Shown here: piece by piece, positions 51,801 through 64,000 of the stretch | Numbering within the stretch: position 1 is the first letter of the stretch | How the letters are laid out: the number at the start of each line of letters is the position of its first letter | From: Pocillopora damicornis | Lineage: Eukaryota | Reading direction: 5' to 3' | Length of the DNA stretch: 64,000 nt | Assembly: GCF_003704095.1 (NCBI RefSeq) | Contig: NW_020845694.1 | Coordinates: 620,001 to 684,000 of the forward strand | Made by a program: the position numbers and the translations under genes | Notes under the pieces: model-generated | What the model was told of the DNA's origin: nothing | Seen by the model: the letters and a program-made list of their open reading frames with translations, nothing else | Databases searched by the model: none

Positions 51801-54800
51801 GGTTGGTGTTGTAGTAGCTTACTAGTAAAGTCATCATTTAAGCCAAGAAAGCCACATACACCAGTATAGTATATCCAGCTTTCCCTAGCAGTAAGCAACT
51901 GTAACTTCCTACGGATGGAAAGCCAGTCCAATGCAGGTTACCCACATGCATTTCATCAGATCTCCTTGATTGCTTTCTTGGGTGAAGAGAGGCACATCAA
52001 GAGTGAAGAGTCATCTCTAAAGACCCAGCAAAAGACATGCAACATTTCATTGAAACATCTTGCAACATTAATTGTTGGATCATGTTGTGAGGGAGTTGGC
52101 CAAATGCATGCAACACCTTGCAACATCCAAAGATGTTGCAACAAAAATTTGATTATTTTCAAACTTGATTCAACACCATCAAACATCTTACAACATGTTG
52201 TTACAGGGTTGCCAAACTTATGCAGCACTTTGCATGCAACAGTGTTACAAGATGTTGCTTTGAAATGTTGAGTGTGTTTGACTGGGCCTTATAAGAATAC
52301 AAATCAACAACCTAACCATGCAGTGCTTATAATTTAACCAAAAATTTTGATTTGCTGTCTAGGGCACCAACTATTAGATCACTGCATCAAGGCTTGTGGC
52401 TGTAGCTAATAAATGAAGATTTAGATTTACTTTACCATTTGACTGCATGATTGAATAAGTGAAAGCTGTTGAGGCACCTCCAACAAGATAATACAATTAA
52501 ATTTCAATGCACTCATTGTTAGGTGGAAGGAAGAATTACAGTGGTCACAGAAGCAGATAAGGAAGCGAGTAGGACTTGCTTTCCAGAAAATGAGACTGTG
52601 CCTCTGAGTGAGCATGTTAAACAAACACAGAGTCAAGATACTTCACAGGGGGTATGTTTGAGAAGTTTCTCCTCTTTATGTTTTGTGCTGTAGATTGTAC
52701 TTTGAGTGTTTGTTATGTACATGTCAAACTCATGAGCTCAGGCAGAGGCTTTTAAGAGGGACCGTTACTTTCAAAATTTGGTCAATGGACTCTAAAATCT
52801 GATTGTTAGAGATTTTGATGGATTTAGTAGCACATGCAGTCTTGTATCTCATTTCTCAATAACCTCTTTTCTCATGAATTAGAATGAATGCTTAGAGAAA
52901 AGTGATTCTTCAGAACAAATAGCAACTCATCTAAATGGATCAGAAGTGGAAAAGACAGATCAAAATGGATCAGAAGTGGAAAATAGCACACAAGTTGAAT
53001 TGGGAACACACAAGAAACAAAATAAGGATAATGTTGAGTACACTTCAGATGAAATTTTAGCAATTGAAAAAGAAGTTACTTTACTGGACAATTTAGCGGG
53101 CAAACTGAAAAATGATCAGAATGAGGACATCATGAACAGAAACATTAAAAACACAACTGATAAACAAGTAAAAGAGGTAGAAAAACAACAAGAAGCAGGC
53201 AATGAAGATCAGCTTTTGACAGCTGATGTTAAAACTGAAAAAACTGGGCAAAGGATAGATAATTCTTTGGTAAGTTTTTACACTGATTTCTCATGGGCTT
53301 TGTCAACCAATTTATGATTGTTTACAGTAACACTCTTTCCCTTTGTGGAAAACACTTCACAACTCACCTCACAATGTACAACAGGACAACTGAGATTAAA
53401 CTGTATTATTTTTTAAATGCAGTTTGCCAAGACTTACAGTTGAAAGTGAATAATTTCATATTTTGTTATAACATCTTTCCAGGGACCAGATATGGCAACA
53501 GAGGATGAGTACTGGGATTTGTGGGAGGCAGTAAAAGAAGATGACATTGATGTGGTACGTGGAACAAGCCAATGTAGCATTTTTTTTGTTGAATTTTTTT
53601 GGCAGAAGATGATAAGTGCTTGAGGTTTCTAATTGTCCTTTCTTGCTGAGTTTTATAGGTGGAAAATCTTCGCCAGGAGAAGAACATTAGATTCACTCGA
53701 TGTCAGGATAACAAAACCATTCTTCATCTTGGAGCAGAGAGAAATGCAGTCAAGGTATTTGAAATTGAGTTGTGTCAGCATATCTGGGAAAATAATCTGC
53801 TCTTTTTCAATTCTGTCTTCAAGCTTAAAGCTTCCCTCTTTATTACCAATGCTGAGCACATCTAAAGGAGAAGTAATTTTTTAAGGTCTTGTGTCACCTT
53901 CCAAAAAGCTGTATTCAAGGACTTTTATCATTTCATCTACCCAGTGTGGAGAAAAAGACAATGAAAATGATAAAGACAATATTAATGATACTGAATGATT
54001 AAGTTAATCATTAAGGATAATTAATGATAATTATGATGATGACAGTGACATTGACATTGGCAATTAGAGTGATAATGATAGTGATAATGATAATGGTGAT
54101 GAAAATGAAACTTTTTTAAGGTGATCCAGTACTTGCTGACTCATGGAAAAATGGATCCAAATGTCAAAGATGAAATATTACAGGTTTTTTCATTAAGCAT
54201 TTTTAGTAGATTACTTAGTCCTGAAACAATTTTATCAAATGCATGTCATGCCAGGTCATCAGTTTGAATGAGTAGGTATTTTTTATTTAGTAATAAATCG
54301 TTATAAAGAAAAGATGGAGAATATTGGTAATTTTCAGTGAAGGAGTCCATAATAATGGGAGTTTATTTCAGTCATTTCTTTATGTGTCTTGTTGGGGGGC
54401 TGGTTCTTGTCCACAATGGACAAGCCAGGCGAGAGTCAACTGTACTTCAGTTCTCAATGAACACACAGCTAACACCCAAACCAATTGTTTCCTATATTTT
54501 AAACAGGGTAGTTTTAAGAAGAAATTCCAGTGATTTGTCTTGTCTATTTAGGGGGTCCCTCTCCATGGTGCAGCAGAATATGGATCAATTGATGCTGCCA
54601 GAGTTCTTTTAGAGCATGGAGCAGAGGTAAATCAAGTGAAACTTGCTGGAACTGTTGATAACAGACAATTTGTCCTGAGTAGGTTGTTCATCTTCAGTTG
54701 AGCCCTTTGTAAATTGAGAATTATTCTTTTTTTTTTTTAATTTACATGAAATTGAGTTTGATACCCTTATCTTCATCCAGATCAACAAGCAAGACCTAAT

Positions 54801-56099
54801 TGGGAATACAGCATTACATATTGCTTGCGAACATGAACAGGTGAGATGCCAAGAGGGAAGCAAAAGATTGATAGCCAATGAAGTAATGCTACATTCTATA
54901 ATAGAAAATAACATAAGTTATGGAAACTGTGACCTGATTGGTTGGATGCTTGTTTTGTATTTAAATTATGATGAAAAGTTAGATTTGTATTAATTATGGA
55001 GCAGAAAATCAGTTAAGCAGAATCTGATGAAATGTGCTGGTATATTGCTTCATTTTAAAAGGTTAAAATGAGAACATTCCTCATTGATCAAGGTGCTGAT
55101 AAAACTATAAAAAACTCAGGTATGTAATAAACTTATTTTGATTATATGATTGTTTTTTAAGGAGGAATGCTTTTTTAAAAATTTACACTCAGCATTTTTT
55201 GTTGTTCCAACATTGCATACTAAGAATATGATATCATAAAAACACTCTTTTTTATAGACATTTTATCTCTCCAGATGAAAGTATACCTTATGTCATCACT
55301 AGTGCATGATAAGGAGACTGGAAAACAACTCCTAGGAAACTCACAGATGTCCCTTTTCCAACAAATGGTCTTCTCATCCTGCAGGTCACTTTACCCTTTT
55401 GGTTTTCTCATCTTGTGTGTCTTCTTATCTAGTGCATCTTTTCATTCCATGGGCCCTCTCACCTTGTAGGTCTTCTTGTTCCATGGATCTTCTTGTTCAG
55501 CAGGTCTTCTCATCCAGCAGGTCTTCCTATCCTGCAGTTCTTCTCATCCAGTGGGTCTTCTCATTCCATGGGTATCTTTATCCCACATGTTTTCTCATCT
55601 CACATGTCTTCTTATCCAGTAGTTCTTCTCATCCAGCATATCTTCTCATCTCGTAGGTCTTCTCATCCAGTAGGTCTTTTTATTCCTCAGGTCTTCTCAG
55701 CCAGTGGGTCTTTTCATTCCTTGGGTCTTTTCATTCCTAGGCGTCTTCTCATTCTGTGAGTCTTCTAATCCAGCAAGTATCCTCATTGTGCAGGTTTTCT
55801 CATTCTGTGGGTCCTCTGATCTCTTGGGTCTTGTCATTCAATGGGTGTTCTTTATCCTGCAGGTCTTCTCAACAAGCAGGTCTGATCCTGTGCGTGTTCT
55901 CATCTTGTGCATCTTCTCATTCTGTGATCACTCTTATCCTGCATATTTTGGTCTACCCTTTCCACAGGTCTTATGATCTATATGCTATAACACAATGCAT
56001 TTTTTATAGGTGGTTTTTGTCCAGATAGTACTGAGATGATATGTAGTGTTCTTGTATTCCTTTTTTTTTCTTGCAGATGGTGAAACTCCTACTGTTTAG
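42852..56099 (+). CDS. 5'-nucleotidase-family metallophosphoesterase (UshA/CG11883-like) with N-acylation signal and C-terminal ankyrin repeats, 23 exons
   Basis: MGCGSSKS N-terminus; ILHFNDVY, FSGDCLNPS, GNHDFDFG, LTHMR, LGGHDH metal-site motifs; 5'-NT C-domain ETNLGNF, NSGTLR, GRFPQV, GKDGY, ISPKVEGRI; ankyrin exons 53483-55119; stop at 56097-56099; all GT-AG phases compatible. Confidence 0.88.
47447..47659. mobile_element. piggyBac-type MITE copy (intronic)
   Basis: CTAACCCTTAAACTCCC...GGGAGTTAAAGGGTTAA; similar copy at about 38058-38266. Confidence 0.65.
49461..49565. repeat. Perfect 10-bp minisatellite (CTTCCTTGCT) x10.5, intronic
   Basis: Directly visible. Confidence 0.97.
52018..52292. 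repeat. Palindromic MITE-like element with CAACA/TGTTG subrepeats
   Basis: TAAAGACCCAG...CTGGGCCTTA ends; repeated GCAACA/TGTTGC. Confidence 0.45.
55365..55975. repeat. Degenerate ~17-bp tandem repeat (consensus near GGTCTTCTCATCCWGCA), last intron of the nucleotidase gene
   Basis: Recurrent TCTTCTCATCC/TCATTCC units. Confidence 0.85.
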
Positions 56100-58004
56100 A
56101 TACAAATTATTAAATATGTATTTTGACATTTGTGTAGATTACTTGTGAAAATTTATGAAAAATCACTCAAGATTCTCTGAGATGCACAGCTAATCAAAAT
56201 TTGTCGTGAGATAAATTAAAAGTTTAGGGCTACTTCTTTAACATTCTTCGTAGGAAAATATAAACAGAAAGGATTTGCCTTTAAGTTGTTGTTAAGTGGT
56301 ATCCTAGGTTAATGTTTTCCTTCTTTTTTTTTTTTTACCTTAATTAGCTTTCTTAGCTCTCTGTCATTATCTTTCCAGTGATCAGGAAAGTATTTTGAGG
56401 GTGCTGGTGTACTAATAAATTATTTCAACTAGCAAGGTGAAAATATTGTTAATTAGTATATACAACACAGGTAAATAGTGCTTTTTGCATGTGCTGATTG
56501 GCTAGTTAGGAAGTGATTAGCAAGTACTATTCACCACTAAGCAGCAAAATATACAGAATTGCACATCTAGAGTTAAATCTCCAACCATATTTTGGTATAT
56601 TGACAGAAGTAAACTTATCTTTTTGGTTTTGTGGCATATACTAAAACAATTATGCACCTTAGTATTGGGAAAGGTGTGAATGCTTACTTACAAATATTTT
56701 TGATGTAAAATAATGGAAATTTGTATTTATAGTAGTTGTATTTAGGACAAAGATTATCCATTATTTGATTGTAAGATTTTTACTATTTGTTTGAAGGGAG
56801 TCCTGAAGAAGTTATTTATTAAATGAGTACTATTTTTTGACATGAAGGAATGTTATTAAGGGCTGTAAACAGTTGAAATTATGAACGTTTTCTTAATAAA
56901 TGGTTTCAATAAAGTAATACCTTGAAGGACATAGTGATGTGAATTATACAATATTATATATGACAGAGTGCTTGTACTGAATACTATTGGACACAAATCC
57001 CAGTGCAAGAGCAGTATGTGGTGTGAGCAGGGCCTGAAAAGGTCCTGCAAGATGCTAGTCAAAGGAAGGAATAGAAGGGGCGAAAGTCACTGCTAACACA
57101 TAGTAAAATGCTGATTGATCAAGCAAAGTTAGGCCTGACAGGAGCATTTTTGGCTTTTGATCATGTCACATGTACCTTGCTGGGTTTAATCAATTAGCTA
57201 CTAGTTCAAGCCAAATATTTATCTCTCCAGCCCATCCACTTAATTAACAATATCTCACATGAAGTCACAAAATCAGTCTTATAATTTGCCTTCTAGCTGC
57301 AATGCACTTCATTATAAATTGGTTTAAAGAATAGTTGTTTAACTAATTCACAAAGAAAAAAATGAACTGTACCATGGAGTTTGGTTTCAAACCAAATCAA
57401 AGAAGTGCATTGTTGAAGATTAAAGAGAAGGGAAAGTGCATTGTACAAAATTGAACTGCCTGAAGAGAAAGAACTAACTTTTTATCACACTGATGTGACT
57501 TTGACTTTATTTATATTACAAANNNNNNNNNNNNNNNNNNNNNNNNNNNNNNNNNNNNNNNNNNNNNNNNNNNNNNNNNNNNNNNNNNNNNNNNNNNNNN
57601 NNNNNNNNNNNNNNNNNNNNNNNNNNNNNNNNNNNNNNNNNNNNNNNNNNNNNNNNNNNNNNNNNNNNNNNNNNNNNNNNNNNNNNNNNNNNNNNNNNNN
57701 NNNNNNNNNNNNNNNNNNNNNNNNNNNNNNNNNNNNNNNNNNNNNNNNNNNNNNNNNNNNNNNNNNNNNNNNNNNNNNNNNGTGCATAAACTGTATTGCA
57801 GAAATTGCTAAAACCCTTTAAACCCTAAGTAACCAGCATCTAATTTCTCCCTACAGTATTATTGGAGAATCATTCATTAAGAACTACAGAATAAAGAAAA
57901 TGATTGCTAACCTAAGATGCTTTGATAGTTAAACAAATTGTCCCTGTCAATATCAAAGGTAATATAGAGAGGCGTATGGAGAATAAGGATTCTGGCTTTA
58001 GGGT

Positions 58005-58211
58005 TTAACCCTTTAACTCCCATGAGTGACCAAGACAGAATTTCTCCTTACAAAATTGATATGATATCAATCAGATAAGTGATAAGAACAAAGAAAAATA
58101 TCAATTTGGGGTTAATTAGTTGATCCAATGCTAAATTCTCTGAACTAACATAAGAATTGTATGGTTAACAGTAGGAGAATAACAAATTTGATCTTGGAGT
58201 TTAAGGGTTAA
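58005..58211. mobile_element. piggyBac-type MITE with TTAA target duplication (abuts a related copy at about 57815-58008)
   Basis: TTAA|CCCTTTAACTCC...GGAGTTTAAGGG|TTAA. Confidence 0.75.
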
Positions 58212-60437
58212 ATTATCACTCTAACAAAATTACAACTTCACAATATTTATTTTGTAAATTGGTATACATTTCTTGCACTTTCTTGAGACAATCTTCTCTC
58301 CAATAATATTATTTAACATCAAAAATTTCAGCATAAAGTACTTTGTTGAATTTTATCAAATAAGCTGGACAATTAATTTTGTGCCATTTCATTTCAGTTT
58401 GATAGATTCCAGATAATAAAAAAATATATTCAAATATTAACGAGCCAAAACTGAAACTGAATGCATAACATCTAATTAACATTACACAAGAATGAAAGGA
58501 CATTCTCAAATCCTTGTGCATCACTGCCAAAATCTGACAAAGAATTTAGTATATGTAAGCATTTTACAGCAATTTTTTGCAATGCTGACCTAAATCCGTT
58601 TGTTTCAAGCTCCTACAGCATGTGCATGCAGCTAATTCTATCATTCTTTGAAGTTGCATCAATGGGTTAGATGTTACACTGTTTCAGTATGACCACTTAG
58701 TTTGATGGGAAAAAGGTATTAACTTATTATTAAGGTATTATTGAATGTGACAATTAAATATTCAGAAGTGAGTCTGGATCAGTAAAAATTCCTTATAATT
58801 GAGGTTCAGATAATTTAAGTTTGATTTTATTCAATTTTCATAATCATATCCTTTCCAAAGGTGGAAATAAAATTGTATTGGTTTCTAAAGTGTGCTTTCT
58901 TAAGAGTGTCTTCTGAAAATCACAATTTTGAATAAATTGCTGCTGTAGTTCTTCCACATGGATGAAAGACATAAAATGTTGTACATTAAAATAATAAAAT
59001 GCTTTGGTCAACACACAAAATGTATCCAATGTTATTTACAGTATGTTTTTTCGAGTAAACCTCGATTTCCTAATAGAATATTTTGCAAAGAAACACCCAA
59101 GTATTAAAATCTTAGCCCAACCTTACAGTTTCTTTTGTTACATTGTTGGCTACATGGAAATGTGTTCAAACAACTTTTGAGGTAGACAAGTCTGTCTTTC
59201 GCAATATTTCTCTTGTGAAGTTTGCCTTGAAGCCTTGACTTCAAGAGCACAACCCCAGCTCTCTAGCTCATATTCAAACTGTCCAATGTGTACCATTCAC
59301 CCAGTGAGTTTTTCTGCACACCATAAATACAATGTTACTCAAAATAGTTAATCATACAGTAACATTAAGATAATAAAGTGAAAAATTGTACCACAATATC
59401 ATTTCTGTATCTTAAAGTTCCCAGTTGCTTCAGTCAATCAGTTCACTAGTGTCATGATGTTGGATAAGGTTGGCCCTACATTGGAGCTGGAGGCTCCTGT
59501 ATAAAATGCATGACCATTACTGATGAAGCGCAAAGTAAATAAATAAATTAATGATCCCTTATAAATCGTAGTGAATTAGGAATGAAATACAATAAGAATG
59601 TAGATATTAAGGTATATCTAAAAATATATAAAAGCTACTACCCATCAATATTAACTATGATAGGCTTTGCTTTTAACTATTGTTGAAAACACACTTGAAT
59701 TTTGAATGGAAGTAGGTTTATGTCTAAGTGTGCAGAGTATCATATGCAACATACCAGCAAATGTGACCATCAAGTGGTGCCAATCAACCATAACCATGAG
59801 ATATGTTGAACAAGGCTCAGTTGATCAAAGAGCAGATAAAGCGATCCAGAAGATAAGTGTTAGCAAAACATACTGCCCTTTCAACCAGACAGAGATTTAT
59901 CCAGTGCATAGTGTTATCCTCTCTTTTAACAACAAGGTACACAGATATTTCTTTGTATACACATATGTGTATTTTCAGATTCTACAATCAACTGTTGTCT
60001 TTTTCATCATTTGAAATGTCCCTTGCAGGTACATAAGTTTTCTGTGTTACAGATATTCTTTTGGGAAACACATTGCAAGAAGTTAAATATGTGTAGCCTC
60101 CAGGGCTCAGTTGTATTATGGGCCAATAATGCTATCTAATGGATAAATCGCTATCCAGTGGAAAAGGGAAAGCAAAATGTATAACATTATTCACCAGATA
60201 GAGTTTTATCCAGTGGATAGTGTTATCCAATCTTCAAAACAACTGAGACCAGGTCTGTATCCCCATTGTTCTCTACCATGGAAGGATGTGTACTTCAGAT
60301 TACAATGGATTTTAACATCCTTCAAGTACCCCAGCACAACCACTTGAAATGGACTGTCCAAGCTCTCACTTTGCAAGGAGCGTATCAGTTTGGTTGACTA
60401 GTTCCCACCAACAAATTCAACTACACCTGGTTAGATG

Positions 60438-62244
60438 TCAAACTGAAGACTTGACTGACGAAACAGTAACTGGAATAGCCTTGAGCTCAGTTCTCATACA
60501 AACAAATTCACCTATCACAGCCATCAATGCCATACATGTTAAGTTCAACATCCACCAGCTACCTGATGATGGAAAACCATCATAAATACAGCAGTTGACC
60601 AAGTGTATAAGATGTGCAGTGGCAGCAAAATCCAGACACTAGAGACAGGAAAAGATCAAGTTCTATCAGCTTGGCTTACAGAGCTGTAATTGGGCCTGGG
60701 GGAAAAACACCACAATCAGTTCCATGAGATAAGTGCGCCCAGTGATCTTTTTTGTCCTACCAAATTTTGTCCAGCCTTACCAATCTTCAAAAGTGCCATT
60801 CTCCTGCCTTGAGGCAGGACAAATTTTACATGTAGCAATAAACTGCAAGGAACCTGCTTCTTTTGAAAACCCTGGGGCAGGGCTTTATCAGAAACTCCTA
60901 ATATTTCTTCCTTGTAATTTTTTTTTTTTTTTTAAGTTTATGGCATTAAAATTTGAAATACAATGCATATTATACTAATTACATATTGTCTCTGAGTTCT
61001 TGAAATACTGGTATTTAAAAATTTAAGATAAAAATTCACTTACTTGCTTTGCTCTCCTAACAATAACCCACAATCCACCAGCCCTATGTAAAAATACACT
61101 TGGTGGTTGAGATTTGTCCTTGATTCAAATGTTATTTTCCCTTGTTTCCAAACCCATTATGATACATAGTCATACCCAAACAAAGGAAAATAACCATTAC
61201 AATTAACCCAGCATTTACCAGGGTATCCAGTTATTTCACACCCACAGCTGTTTGGAACTCAGTTGAGTTTGTACAAAAAATCCATGGGTACAAAACGACA
61301 GATAAGCTATCCAAGTTAAGGATCACTAAAAAATAAATTCCAAATTAAAGTTGAACCCCTATGACTCAAACCCTCAATTCCCTTGGCAATTTGAGTAACC
61401 AGGGCTCAACTGTGGGTTTGCACCCTTACAATGACACACTCGGACGAGCAACATCTCAAATAGACTAAACGCCCAAGGGGTCAGAAACCTCGGAAAATTC
61501 ATACATTGTAAAAACATCAAAAGTTTTGGAATCACTTTACATTCCTAAACCAACATTTGATATTTAAAGAATTTCGAAACAAATTTTCAGAGGAAATTCA
61601 GTGAAAATCTCTGACTAAGGGGGGATTTCGTCTACTTAGGTGGTTGCCAGCTGCCGGGCATGAGCGAAAGTGCAGACGCAATCAGGAAATTAGTTAATAA
61701 AATACCTCGACAAACGTGTTTCCACTCAAGACATTTTATGGATTGCGGGAAATAACTCAGTATTCAAGGCTTCAACAAACAATTGACACTGGCTGTCATT
61801 TTGATTGCGCCTTAATTAATAAATAAATCAAAATTTATTCGACTACAAAAGTGTACTATGTTCATTAGAAATAGACGGAGAAGAAAGTCTACGGTCGGTT
61901 ACCGTAGAATTGTTTACTGACCCAGTAAGCGTGTTCAGGCAAAAAGCCACCATCGTTATCTTTCCCCTAGAAGAAGTAAATTGAATATCCTGTGGGAAAA
62001 GAAGTATTTTTGATTAAAAATATGCTGCTAAAGGACATCTAAGGATGAAGGGGGATAAAGAGGGATAAAAGATGGTATTTACCTCTTCACTAAAAAATTG
62101 GTCTAGCGACCGCGAATTTCCCGTCGAAAAGTCAACGAACACAACCCAGAAAGCTAAGAATAAGTAATACACGCATTGAACGGCGACAATTTGCGAAATA
62201 ATAAGGCACGGATCCCAAACATAACTCCTAAATCCAGCGGCCAT
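60438..62244 (-). CDS. SYS1: SYS1 Golgi trafficking protein, 4 exons (62244-62083, 61989-61922, 61083-61044, 60638-60438), 156 aa
   Basis: MAAGFRSYVWDPCLIISQIVAVQ...VRRAKQCLDFAATAHLIH...WW...IGEFVCMRTELKAIP, characteristic of SYS1. Confidence 0.95.
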
Positions 62245-62406
62245 GTTCAGTGAGTTGGAAATACTTGACGCGTCGTGACGTCATTTCTGTAATGGGCGAC
62301 ATAATTTTCCCCTTCTATCTCCCCCAAAGAAGAGGGATCAAACTGATGAAACCCAGTAGTGAGACTGATTTCTTTTGCTTATTTCAATGTACAGATATTT
62401 TGTAGT
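62245..62406. promoter_or_regulatory. Compact bidirectional promoter region SYS1/WRNIP1 with a perfect CRE palindrome (TGACGTCA, 62276-62283)
   Basis: 162 bp between divergent ATGs; TGACGCGTCGTGACGTCA cluster. Confidence 0.6.
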
Positions 62407-63027
62407 ATGTTGCAAACCAGCAGTGTAGATTGTCCAGTTTGTGGGCGCTCGTTTTCAGCCTCGTTTGTGAACGAACACGTGAATAAGTGTCTGAACAGTC
62501 AAGATATTGAATTGCAAAGCAATGGAGGCAGCGGACAACATGAAAAGGGCATGTTAGCAAACAGTCTTCTCAAAGGGAACACTAAATCTCCAGATGGATC
62601 AACAGTCAAAAAATCGAAAAATGAAAAGGCTTCCAGCAGCTGGTTTGGTAATACTAGTCCTCCGACAAACGCCTTGAAAAGGAGTTCTTCTAATTTGGCG
62701 GGAAAAGCAAGTACGGATTCTTCTTCGAAAAGGTTGAAGTTGCACCAAAATAGTCAAGAAACGCAAAATAAAGTAACAGAGGAGCTCCTTTCTCTCCAAC
62801 ACTCTAGTTCGCCATCTCTCGGCCAAAAGAAAGGCATAGAACACAACAAGGGGCAAAAATCGAAAAGCAGTCAATTTACTCCATTAGCTGAAAGAATGCG
62901 GCCTAAAACATTAGCAGAGTATGTCGGTCAAACCCAAGCTGTTGGAAATAACAGTCTTTTGAGGACTTTGCTTGAGGCTGACGAAATTCCATCCATGATC
63001 TTTTGGGGACCCCCTGGCTGTGGAAAG
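62407..63027 (+). CDS. WRNIP1: ATPase WRNIP1 (Mgs1/RarA family), first coding exon; the gene continues downstream
   Basis: UBZ finger CPVC...NEHVNKCL, PLAERMRPKTLAEYVGQ, SMIFWGPPGCGK (Walker A), then a GT donor at 63028. Confidence 0.93.
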
Positions 63028-64000
63028 GTATTTCAAGAAATATCACAAAAAAGCGTGTTGGAAGGGGGGAAGGGGGGAGGGGAAGAGATGGAACTCCTCT
63101 CTAAAATGACAGAAGTGCCCAATTTGCTCTTGAAGAGACAAATTTTTATTAACTAAGACCCCTCTGCACTTTATTAGAGGAGTGCCACCCCCCTTATGAA
63201 ATCACTGATCTACTCACCCTTCCTTTCCCCCCCCCTCCTAGTGAGTGACCATTTGGAAAGGTTGTGAAAAATCCTCACATCATAAATTGTAAATCATCAA
63301 ACAAGAAAAACAAATAATATCACAGTTAATGCCACAATCTATCAATATGAGCTCGCTAACGTTATAAAAATTTAATTCTCTTTATGCACAAAATAATGGG
63401 TAAAATCATATTGGTCATATTAATCCAGTGTATAGAATCTAAGCTGTCTTCTTTTTGGTTAACTTTTGTTATGGAGTTGTCTCAAGGTTATCAGTAAGAC
63501 TAGAATATTAGGTTTAAACAGTTNNNNNNNNNNNNNNNNNNNNNNNNNNNNNNNNNNNNNNNNNNNNNNNNNNNNNNNNNNNNNNNNNNNNNNNNNNNNN
63601 NNNNNNNNNNNNNNNNNNNNNNNCGTGCAATTAATCCTTAATAGTACTTGGCCTCATGTGATTACCTATACTAATCAAAACTACAACAAAATTCTCAAAT
63701 GTGATTGGTTATCACCAGACTGATTTGAACACTAATAGGACAGTGTACATGTTGTGCTTGTAATTGGACAGTGTAATAGGACAGTTAAAGGGACAGTTAA
63801 CACATTATGCCCGTGTAAGTGAACAGAACACGTCGTGAGCATGCACTGTTGTCTCGCATTTTGCCAAGTTAACTGTTGATATTTTCATGAAAACGTATAA
63901 CTAATGTCTAGCTTCTTTCTCAAATTTTGTCATCATTTTAATTAATTGGTAACAGGACTTTGTGTCATCCAATTCAGTTTGTAATCATACAAGTGATCAA

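Noticed and set aside
55275-56028. Several overlapping Ser/Phe-rich ORFs; CRISPR-like periodicity
   Set aside because: Products of a degenerate 17-bp tandem repeat with no unique spacers; eukaryotic intron

Overview
AT-rich, intron-containing eukaryotic DNA from a gapped draft assembly. The gene set and repeat types suggest an invertebrate, probably a cnidarian such as a stony coral (inference). Left to right: (1) the last three coding exons of PDCD5 (+); (2) a tandem cluster of intronless class-A GPCRs on the minus strand, in two subtypes (A x4, B x2; three complete, two cut by gaps, one destroyed by a LINE), interleaved with TIR elements; (3) inside that cluster, at about 17.2-23.8 kb, a degenerate three-gene mobile cassette: a spliced RAG1/Transib/Chapaev-like DDE transposase (+), a divergent Tudor-knot/chromo-barrel ORF (-) and a convergent unknown ORF (-); (4) CEP89 (-, about 21 exons); (5) a decayed LINE; (6) a 23-exon N-acylated UshA/CG11883-type 5'-nucleotidase spliced in frame to C-terminal ankyrin repeats (+); (7) SYS1 (-) head-to-head with the first exon of WRNIP1 (+). 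The RAG1-like multi-gene cassette is the best candidate for an undescribed system. Its ends are not resolved, and its protein identities rest on motif recognition by eye, not on database searches.
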